DNA of 35,259 bases, from positions 253,501 through 288,759 of the forward strand of contig WELA01000694.1 in assembly GCA_009602735.1 (NCBI GenBank), given 5' to 3'. Made by a program: the position numbers and the translations under genes. Every line of letters begins with the position of its first letter. The stretch's first letter is position 1. Shown here piece after piece: positions 1-10,876 of the stretch. A model generated the notes under the pieces. The model was not told the DNA's origin. It did not search any database and worked only from the letters and a program-made list of their open reading frames with translations. Origin of the DNA: Mesotaenium endlicherianum (Eukaryota).

Positions 1-241
1 GGGGTGGAGGGGGGGGGGGGTGCGCACGCAATTTCATCTGGAGCCCACACGCAGTGTTCACCAGCCCTGTCCCATAGCGCTTCGCTCCATGCAATGCAGG
101 GCGAGGGCGGCACCCCATGCCTGCCTGGAAGCAACGTTCGCTCGTGACACGTCAAGGGCAAGCGCGCACACATACACACACCCACACACACATGCACCAC
201 GCGTGCAGGCACATCTTGCTCGCTCTTTCACACGCACGCAC

Positions 242-1931
242 CTGCAGAGCAGAGCATCCCCACAGGCTGACTTTGCGCAGCTTGGGGTGCGAGATCTGGA
301 GCACCCGCCGACCGTCCACCACCACTGCCGGCACCTCCCTGCACGGCCCTGCCCCTGCTGCCGCCCCTGCCGCCGCTCTGGGCGCCTCGCTGGCGGCGCC
401 TCTCTCGGCACCCCACACTGGCTCCCCTCCGGACTCCGTCCCCTCCTTGCCCCCACTGCCACCTCCCGCGGCGCCCCCCTCTCTGGCCTCCTTCGCCCGC
501 TCCTCCTCCAGCCCCGGGGCGGCCGCCCCCGCCTGCAGCTCCAGCTTCACCTTTGTTGCCGCCCAGCCAAGCTCAGGCAGCGCCCTCCTCACCACCTGCA
601 GCTTGATCCCGCTGCGGAGGAGCCGCCTCTCCGACAGCGCCAGGGGGGGGGCCTCTGAGGGAGCCGGGGGGGCCGTAGCCGGGTCCAGGAGGAGGAGGTC
701 CTGGCTGAACCCAGTGGCGCTGCCAACCCCTGCCGACATTGCCGACTCGTCCAGCTGGCTCTCGCCGGCCACGAGCGGGTCCTGGGCTCCCTCGCCTCCT
801 CTCCCCCCTCCCCCCTCGTGCTGCGGCCCGAAGTTATCCCTGGCGCCTTCCCTCGCGCCGGCCGCTCGGCCTCCCCTCTCCCCCTCCTCCCCCTCCCCTT
901 CCTCCTCCTCCTCTCCCTCTCGCAAGCCCCCTGCTTGAGGGTCCCCGCTCCTCCTCCATCGCTCCTCTGCCTCTTCTTGTTCCTTGAATGCTGCTGCACC
1001 GTCGCAGTTCTGCTCCAGGGTCAGCTCCTGCTCGCCACTTGTCGGCAGGACGTGGCTGCTGCCTGGCGCCTCCGTTTCGTCTGCGAGGGCGCCGCCGTCC
1101 GCCTCAGGGCCCAACGGAGGCAGGGGCTTCACAGCCCCCTCCGCTCCCCCCAAAGGCTCCTTTGTCAAACCCCCCTCAGGCAAAGCCTCCCCTCCAGTGG
1201 CGGCCTCTGCAGCCAGGCTGGCGCCCGCCTCGACTTCTGACAGTGCGAGCTCCGACTGGCCATGGGCCCCAGCTCCGACGTCTCCAATTCCCAGAGCAGG
1301 GGGGCTGCGACACGTGGCAGCGCGAGCAGGCTCGGCATCACCGCCAGGCGCTTCGCCGTCCTCCAATTTCGCCCTCTTGAAGAGCTGCACCCCCGCCCTG
1401 CTCTCCTTGCGCCACGCGGGCGCTCCGGCTACCCTTGGCTCCTCCTCTGCAGCCGCCACATGGGGGCACACCGTGCCCTCCCCACTTTCCACAGTCCCAG
1501 CCGCCGCGCACCCACCCGGGCCTGTGCCGAGCTTCGTGTCCGCACCTGGCTCCGGTTTGGGGAGCTGCTCCAGGCCCGCATGGTCCGGCTCCTCTGCATC
1601 TGACACCTGGTGCACCAAGTACCCGTCAGCTTCATCCACCTCAGCATCATCTAGCGACATCGCCTCGGCGTCTCGTTTCAGGCTCCTCCTTGCTCCAGGC
1701 TCGCCAGACACCTGCCACATGTTGGCTTCAGAGGCTGCTGCCACCTGGCTGCCGCCGGGGGGATGTACACTGTCCTGCTGCTGCTGCTCCTGCTCCTGAC
1801 TCACCAGGCTGTGCCCGCAGTCCAGCAGCTGGAGGTGGGGGAGGCCCTCGATGACTGCCTGCATGCCACCTGGCGTGATGAGAGGGCACGCTGCCACCAG
1901 GAGCCGTGTGAGCACGTGCCCAAACCCTCGG
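242..1931 (-). CDS. FBL17: FBL17-like exon 14 (LRR, ~500 aa Ala/Gly/Glu-rich insertion, LRR)
   Basis: ctgcag|RGFGHVLTRLLVAACPLITPGG..LLDCG...ISHPKLRKVSLWGCSALQ|gtgcgt; 1,690 nt uninterrupted frame with conserved LRRs at both ends. Confidence 0.85.
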
Positions 1932-2521
1932 CTGCAGCCCCGCTCGAGTCCCCCAAAAAAAAAATGAAAGAGAATTAGCAAAAAAGGAAAAGGGCATCAG
2001 ACTACAATAAGAACGAGGGCTTCCGTAGCGCATATGCTGCTGCTGCTGTTGCCGCTGCTGCTGAGCTGCTGAGCCTGCTGCAGCTGCTGCTGACGCACAA
2101 GGATGCCACGGGGTGAGCAAGAGGTGACAGGGTGTGGCGGGTGAGTGAGCACACCTGATGTGCTGGAGGCACGTGTCGGTGAGGCGGGAGCAGCCGCTCA
2201 GATCCAGCAGCTCCAGGTCCAGGCCACCCTGGCAGATCACGGCCACGCCCTCTGCAGACACACGCAGACGCACAGAGACACACACACAGGGACACAATCA
2301 GACACGCAGCGGACACTGGCAGACGCGTGACTGCACGCAGGCGCGTGGGCAGGTGGCGCCAGCTCCTAGTGCGAACAGCGGTTCATACAAACACGCGGTT
2401 CTGAGTGTGCATTCATAGAAGTAGCTTGAAAGCCTGACGACCGCCCTGCTGAGCGCGCGTCAGGAGCAAAGGGCCCCCCCACGCGCAGGCACGATGCCAA
2501 CAAACTCCAAAAATAAGAGCG

Positions 2522-2552
<31 letters not shown>

Positions 2553-5500
2553 CTCTGCCTGCAAGCTGGCAGAGCATGCAGCAGCAGCTCACCCGTGATG
2601 CGGACTCAACCCAAATTAGGCTGTAATGAGGCCGTGCTCTGGGACACCACACATACCTCCAGTGGCTGAAAATCCTCCCACTGCCCCTCCCTCCTTCCCT
2701 CCCCCCTTTCCCCCCCGTCCCACCCCCCAGCCGTCCCTCCAGGCGTGTGCCGCGAGTGGGGAGAATACACCTAGGAAAACACTGCGGCAGCAGCAGCAGC
2801 AGAATAGCTTTTGCAGCAGTCCATTGGTGTCCTTCAACTTTTGCTCACAAGGCAAGAGTGAAGACGAGGGAGCGGGTAGGAGGAGTGACCTTGACCTCCA
2901 TCTCCTTCAGGGCCAAGGAAGTTCATGCGCACAGGCTGAGAGTTCTTCAGGGGGCTATCAAGCACGTGAAAGTGGCAGGCTGGGGGGGTACGGCCTCCGT
3001 CTCGAAGGAACTCACCGTCGCAGAGCAGGGGGGAGAAGGTGAGGGAGAGCGCGCGCAGGCTCTGCTGCAGCTGGCCGTCCATGAGCGCCTGCACGCTCTG
3101 CACACGCTCCCGACGCAGCCCAGCCGCCCGCACTCAGTCTCCGTCTCAGGGTTGGTCCCCCCACACACGCACGCACGCACGCACACATGCACGCATGGAC
3201 GCACACGCACGCGCGTGCAGTCTTTATGCCCCAGCGCCTCAACCATGAGCATAATCATGCAAATACAAGCGCTTTCCTGCGCGAGCCCGCCAGACGCAAA
3301 GAGCAGACGGGTGGGGTAGCAGGCGGTACTATCAATAGCTTAGGTTGCTTAATGGGGGAGCTAAGGTGGGAGGGGCGGGGGAAGAGCAGGCGCTCACCCT
3401 CAGGCCGACACATGGCGATGCGACGTGCAACCTCTCCAGAGAGTGGCACGATGTCGAGACCTGCAGGAGGGCCATCGGCCTCTACTATCAGTGCGTGGAT
3501 GTGACAAGTGGCAGCAGCAAACAGCCTGTTGCCAAGCAGAGCCCGTAGTCCTCGCCCGACTGCTTTCAAAGGCAATGCTGCAAGAGAAGAAACCAGACAT
3601 CCTGTGGTGTACTCGAGACAGCTCTCTCCCCGGGCAGCAGAATGATTTCCTTTCACGACCACCGACAGCTGGCTATGACAACCGCGGCAGCCCTTGCAGC
3701 TGCCGAGGGCTACCGAGGGCAGACAGTCGGCGCACGTCGGTTTCTCTTCCCACCTGGTAGAGAATCTCGGTGACGGGCCGCTCCGCCGGATGCTCGTCGT
3801 CCGACAGCCAATCCTCGTCGCTCTCCTCCTCCTCCTCCGGCTCCTCCTCCACCTCCTCCTCCACCTCCTCCTCCTCCGCCGCCATGAGCAGGTGCGAGCT
3901 GGCAGCTGTCCTGGTGCGCGTTCGCCGCCCGGGCCTCAGGCCCTCGTCCGGATTTTCTTCGGACGGGTCGGGGACGTTGCCGCCCGTGAGGATGTGGCGC
4001 CCCAGCTGGCCGGGCTCCGGTGTGACAGGTGGCGTCCTCCTGGGCTGCGGCTGCCGGTGCAGGGCACGCACGGGCGTCCTCTGCTGCTGCTCCTGCTGCT
4101 CTTGCTGCGGTCGCCCGAGCAGCTTGCGGCCGGCGGGGGACCGAGCGTGAGTGCCGCCATCGCCCCTGCCGCCCTTCCGGGGGGTGGGAGTGCGCGTGCG
4201 GGCGGGGGTAGGGGTGGGGGTGGGAGTCGGAACTGGTCCAATCGCTGCGGCGTTGGGAGCCGGGGCCAGCATGTCGAGCGAGAGCTCCAGGAGGTTGGGG
4301 CATGACAGGAAGCTCTGGTTCACGCCGCCGCATGCCGACAGCGCCAGCGTCGTCAGGCTGCTCCCTCCCCCCAAGCAACGACACGCGGCACCGCAACGCA
4401 GTTAAGGTAACAACTCAGCCAGGGGCAGGGCAGCGGTACTCAGGGGGGGGCTCCCCTCCAGCTTCAGGACCTGCTCTGGGACCGACTAATCCGGGCAAGG
4501 TTTGACTGATGCCAGCGGGGTGGGTGGATGCCTAGGTGGGCGGTTCAGGACGGACCACAGGCAGCATACACACGACTCGTGTAGGCAGCCGGTGGTGATT
4601 GAGAGGTTGGCACAAGGGGCCGGAGGGAGAGGACGATGGAGGGGGGGGCGCATGTGCTTACGGTGCATCCGACGGGCTCCGTGATGGGCGAGCGTATTTT
4701 GTCAGCCGCAGCCGCCTGGATGGGAGCGAGGGAGGCTTGAAAACGGGGGGGGGCTCTGGGTCGAGATTTGAAGGTTTGGGGTCCGGGGCTTGGGCTTTGT
4801 ATACCCACCAGGGCCCGACGCGTCAAGGGAACAGGAGAGCAGGCGAAGAGAAGGATTTTTCCAAAACCAGGGCCAGCACCTGAGCGCAGGTCAACCGGGA
4901 GCCCACTCAACTGCCTGCATCGTGCACTTGCTTGGCTCAGTCACCGAGGAGTGTCAGTGACCGACCGAGCGAGCGAGGGGGAGTGCGAGCGATTGAGCGG
5001 GCGAGGGGAAAGCCGAGCGAGCGAGCAGGCGAGGGGGAGAGCGGGCGAGCGAGCGTGCAAGAGGGAGAGCGGGCGAGCAAGCGAGCGAGGGGGAGAGCGA
5101 TAGCGCACCTGCTGCTTTTGACGGCGAGCGACGTCATCTCGTTGCAGCCGTTGATGTACAGGCTCTTCAGCCGCTGGCACGAGCGCGCCAGCTGTGCCAG
5201 GCCGTCCCTGCCGCCACCAAAGACACGGCAAGCCAACACCGGGTATTGTCAGCAAGAAGCTCCCGCAAGCTTCCCCCCCTTACCCCCTCTCCACCCCCCC
5301 TCTCTCTCTCTCCCTCTGTTTCTCCCTCTCTCTCTCCCCCAACCACAGCACCCAGCCAGGGTGGGGGATGAGAGCTAGAATCCCCCCCCTGTCCTGCCCC
5401 CCTGTCCATCTTGTCCCCCTGTCCTCCTGCCGACTCCGGAAGCAGGAGAGACGTACGAGGGAAAACGGGAGCGAGCGCGAGCACGAGCGGGAGCAAGGGC

Positions 5501-8500
5501 ACGAGCTCATCTATGAGAGCTACAGCTGGCACTTCGGATGCAAAAACCCCACGCTGCTCCAGAGGATGTCCAAGGGGAGTCCCATTTCAGGTGCTGAGCA
5601 AGCAAACAGGCAAGCAAGCACTCGTAAGCACTTGCAAGCTCGCACGCCTTATGACTTCGCTCCGGCTGCTTCAGTCTCTCCAGCGGAGTCATGGAGGAAA
5701 GGACAGGCCCGATACTTTCTCTTCAAAACTGCACAGAGGGGGGGCGGACAGGGGGGGCATACCTGCTGACTTGGCAAAACGTCCCAGGCGCGCTGAGGAT
5801 AACAAGTGTCCTCAACTGAGGCCGCCCCGTGTACACCAGCCTCAGCGCTTCGTCAGTGAGCGGCCTGCACTCGTACCGCACGCGCACACGGACACACACC
5901 GCAATAAGAGACCGACAATCAGACGGCGGAAACGACGGCCTCGGCAGCTCGCCTCGGACGACACGTGGAAATGGAGGGAAGCACACTCGGCATGACCCGT
6001 CCACCACGGGAAGAGGAGGTGGCCTCATGGAGGGGTGGGGTCGGGTGGGGTGAGGTGGTGTGTGCCAGGCATTTGTAGCGCAATGCTCACTCGCGGGGTG
6101 GAAACCTGCTCTGCTAAGGGCTCAAGGCCTTAAACCCTGAACGACGGGCCCGACGCCCAAAATCCTCTGCAGCCAGGAGGCATGGCATTAAGGGCTTCAG
6201 GGCTCTGGAACGGCCCGGGTCGTAGAACAGCTGCATGCTTGAGTTAGCATATCGCAGCACCTGTACTGAGTCTGTTTCTCAACTGGGGGAAAAAAAGGGG
6301 GGGGCGGTTGAGCTAAGCATACACATCCACCAGCAGCCAGCAGACAATTTGCTGAAGAGAAGAAAAACCTTCCGAGGTGATGGGACGGACCCCTAGCGCA
6401 AAGCGCGGCCCCCATCTCGAGCAGCGTGAGAGGCCAGCAGCAAGAGGCAAGCACCCCAGGCTTAAACCCTAGTCAGCAACCCCGTGCGCAGGCTAAGAGA
6501 AGAGGAGGAAAGGGGGAAGCGACACGTAGGCGGGCAGCGAGGAGGAGTGAGCAAATCCTTTACGCCGTCAAAATCCCAAAATTCAACCCCCAAAACTTAA
6601 ATCTTAAACCCTGAGCCTCAGGTCACAACCCAACCCTCCAGCTCAGGAGGACGAGTTGGAGGCTGGACTGGCAGGGTTTAAGAGCAGCGCACTTCACCCG
6701 TCATCCAATTCCAGGTCAGGTCTGAAGCTGCTCCGGCGGGCTGGCCTCTCAGACACGAGAACTTTGCAAGATTAGGTCACCTCTAGGCAAGGCGGGGTAA
6801 GCAGCAGACAGGGAAGGTCCCACTCAGAGCGGCTGTGGGCGTCATCGTGGTGCAGGGGGCAGGGTTTAGGGATTGAAAGTATGGCGTATACGGTTTAGGG
6901 TTTATGGCGTGGCTTCTGGACATGGGGCAGCAGCAGATCACATTCTCTCCCTCTGGCAAAAATTGAGTGCGTACCGACACAAGCACGTGAGCAGCCCTGT
7001 TGCAAAAGCCAGGGCAGGGTTGAGGGTTTAGGAGGGGCGAGGGGAATCGACAGGCCAGCATTCAGGAATGCGGGTTTAGGGTTTTGAAAGCTGTCCATTC
7101 TCGAGAGGCTGCTGGGGGATCCTCTGAAGGGACTATTTGCGGCTGAGGCAGCTCTGGTACTCACACGTGGCAGTGCAGGGTCAGGTGCAGGAGGCGGGGA
7201 CACTTGGCAAGCACCAGAGGCATGTAGCCCGCCCAGGTCCTCTCCTCCCTGACCACAAGCGCAGCCTCCTCCACGTGACACCTGTCATGCCCACAGCAGA
7301 TTTAGTCGCTTGAGATGGACTAGATAGAATCAGATGAGATGAGATCACACTCCGCCAAACCGGGACCGAGCAGCACAAGATTTCTGAAGAAAACGAAAAA
7401 AAAACCTATCTCCACAGCACTTCAAGCTTCGCCTCTGTAGCCTGCGGACGAAGGGCCGGCGGCCGCACGGGCTGTTGATGAGTTTCAACAACGCATCTTG
7501 ATATTTTCGTTTCTGCACCCAAGATAGCGTCAAGGGCTCTGAGAGACGGCAAGTACAGCCAGATCCAAATGAAATGCAAATGTGAAGCCCGAGAACCCCA
7601 AGCGCAAAACCCTAGCTCAAAACCCCAAACCCCGAACGTTTGGACGAAGCACCCACGCGCGTGCACAGCCGTTGCTCTCCAAGGGCTCTCTGGCGCACCA
7701 GCGAGGGAGAACGCGGGGCAGAGGAGTGGGGACTCTTTGCCAGCCGCGCACGCAGCCGCGCACGCGCAGAAAGACCAGCTTATCTACTAATCCGGCAGGA
7801 GCAAGGGCGGGAACAGAGACGAAGTGAAAATTCCACAGATTTCAGAGCCATGACCTGACAATGACGGGTCCACCCAACCAGCAAGAGAGAAAGGGAGGGA
7901 TGGAGAGAGAGAGGGGGATATGCACACAAAGGAAGGATGGAAGAGGGAGGGAGGGAGGCAGGGAGGGAAAGAAAGAGAGAGGGATACAAAGGAAGGACGG
8001 CAGAAAGAGAGGGTGGGAGGGAGGGATGGAGGGAGAGAGGGGGGGCTATGTCTGTGCCAACGCTGCTCAATTTCCACAGGCATGAAGAGAAGCAAGAGCA
8101 GGGGGGCAGGGGGAGAAAGGCGGGAGAGCGCGACTGAGGAGGTGCGTGCACAGGAGGTGGTGAGAGTGTACCAGATTTCGGCCGACAGGCGGCGCCAGCG
8201 CTTGCAGCACACGGACGCTGACATCAGATCGCCAGGTGGCAGCTGCACGCAAGCACGCGCGTCACGCCCACAAGATAGCTACAGCATGTGAGACCTCCCT
8301 CCGGGCTGCCAGCTGCCACCTCCTTGAGGAGCGCAGAGGGGCGAGCACCCACAGCTGTGACCGACCCCACAGAGGAATCCTCTCCTGCCTCTCTCGCTAC
8401 GCACATTTGGTGCAAAATACGAGACCACATGCTTCTGTATGCCTGGAGGGGAGAGACACAGAGAGAGAGAGAGAGAGAGGGAGTGAAAGAGAGATTGAGC

Positions 8501-10655
8501 TTCAAGCACACAGAACCCTGCCAATGAGCTACTGAGTTAGCAACTGTCCCCTTCTGGCCACTAGCTAGCACATAAAAGCAGCATAGCCCTCCCTGCGCGC
8601 AAGTTTCCTCAGAGAGTCAAGCGAGCACGGCGGGCAGCTACTTTCTCTGAGGGGAGCGCGTCCCAGCTCGTCGCAGCTGTGCTGGAGGACACGTGGCACT
8701 TCCTGGCTGCAGCGGGGAGCACCAAATAAGTGGATGCCTTGCGCAGACTCTTCCATACGCTCGCAAAGGCAAGCGTAATGAAGGCGCACGGTGGGGGGCA
8801 GCAGCCAAGCCATCCATCCGTGTCTCCTCCCCGCTCCCTCTCCTTTTCTTGCCGAGGCAGAGCTGACTGCCACTTCGTCCAACTAAGCGCCGGGCATGCC
8901 AACAGAGCAGCTGCTTCTCTCGGCAAGTGACGGAAACATCAAACGTTGAGAAATTGTGGGCCACCATCGGCCACCCGGGTGGTGAAGGACAGAAATAATT
9001 CCGAGGCAGACAAGAGACAATTCCGGGGCAGAGAAACAAGTGAGGAGAATGTGACACCGGATGAGCGCACCCGCCCCCGAGAGACAACTGCAGACCGCCA
9101 CTTGTGTGCAGAGGGGAAAGGGCCCACAAAGCGCAGCGCGAGACCGAGCGAGCAGACCCACTCTCACTCGACTTTGAGCTCACGGTGGGGGCATGCTAGC
9201 ATGGGATGAATGCAACCGGGGGGATAGCCCCCCCCCCCCCCTCCCTGGGGCGCCCCGAGCCGGGAGAGGGAGGGATAGGGGGAGGGGAGGTTTTCCTCAC
9301 CTTTGAAAGAATGATGAGCATGCAGACGTCCTGCGGAGTGCGCTTGGGGGTGGGCTTTTGAGACCTCGCCAGGGGGGAAGCGTGGGCCCTCGTGCCAGGC
9401 GGCGGCGACAGGCACATCACAGGCGGGGGGCTGGGCGACGACCTCTGCGTCCTGCAGCAGCGGGGCAGGAGCAAGGGGGAGACAAAAGCGTCAGACCAAG
9501 ACGATCTAAAGGCACGAGTACGAAAGCCTGATTTCAAAACCGCCCCAGGGGGGGACTGGGGCAAGGTCGGAGGAAAAGGGGGGGGGGTAATGTTGCGGGT
9601 GGTCATGCTTGATCTCTCTCTGGACCAGAAACTGTTGGTGGCTGATGACAGCAGCAGGTCAAGGCAGGTCAAGACAGGTCAACAGCAATGCAGAGGGACG
9701 AAGGCAGCAGAGGCACACATGCGTAAGGCACACCCCTCCCACGTGGGACCGGGCCGTCATTTGATCCCCACCCCCACCTCCCTCTCCGATCGGACTACTG
9801 CTACTGTCACTATGATAACTACGACTACTAGTACCAGTAACACCCACTGTCAGCGTGATGATCCCAGAGGAGGAAACAGAGAGCCTGTCAGTCAGAGGCT
9901 CAGCACACATGCATCCAGCAAGCAGAAGATAGCTGGGGAGCAAGGCCCCCCCCCCCCTCTCAAGAGATGGAGAGAAAGCTTCCTCTAGCGAGCGTTGCCC
10001 TTGGATCCACCACCATCACCACCATCACCACCACCACCACCACCCACCCTTCATCTATGTGCACTCCGAGATCTACAGCCGGCGCGCTGGCACGGTGGTA
10101 TTCGTGAGATATCTGCATGCACCATTCGCGTGCGCGCCTGACTGGCCCCCGCCCTCCAGAGGGCGCCACGTGGAGCCCCAGCCCGATTCACCCAAGCAAG
10201 CGAGGGGGGGGGCAACAGAGGAGCAAAGACCCCAAGGCACCACACTTTGGAGCACACATGCAAGACTTTGACGCCTCCCCAGTTGGCACACCAGAAGCAG
10301 CCCCTCAAGCTGCCAGCTGCCAGCTTCTTGCATGTTCCGGTGGACGTCCGACAGACCCATGCGTGCAATTGCAGGGTGGACACATGTCATAACGGGGAGG
10401 GGCAAGTGGAAAAATGTCAGAGAAGGAGGAGGAGGAGGGGGAGGAGGAGGAGGGGTACCTGGGAGTGCGAGGGCTGGCGTTTGGGTAGCTGTATGAGGAA
10501 GTGGAGAAGGGGAGACGCCCCCTGGGGTGACGCTGAGGCTGCGGGGAAGCCATGGTGGCTGGGCCTGCTTTCACGGGTCCTCTCGCAGCCGGGACGGCAA
10601 ACGAGGGAGAGAGGGACCTGCAAGTCCCCCTGGCTTGCCTGCGGGACAGAGGACC

Positions 10656-10735
<80 letters not shown>

Positions 10736-10813
10736 NNNNNNNNNNNNNNNNNNNNNNNNNNNNNNNNNNNNNNNNNNNNNNNNNNNNNNNNNNNNNNNNN
10801 NNNNNNNNNNNNN

Positions 10814-10876
<63 letters not shown>

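Noticed and set aside
20..6053. Many long plus-strand and alternative-frame ORFs
   Set aside because: Shadows of GC-rich FBL17-like exons and simple-repeat introns; no recognisable domains.
8290..8442. Possible extra exon (AYRSMWSRILHQ..) after a (TC)n tract
   Set aside because: It would split the F-box and has no homology support; it cannot be excluded as an alternative exon without RNA data.
8640..8675. SWDALPSE on minus strand resembling an F-box start
   Set aside because: Runs into a stop, and exon 9301-9451 already supplies an in-phase F-box start with a strong GTGAGG donor.
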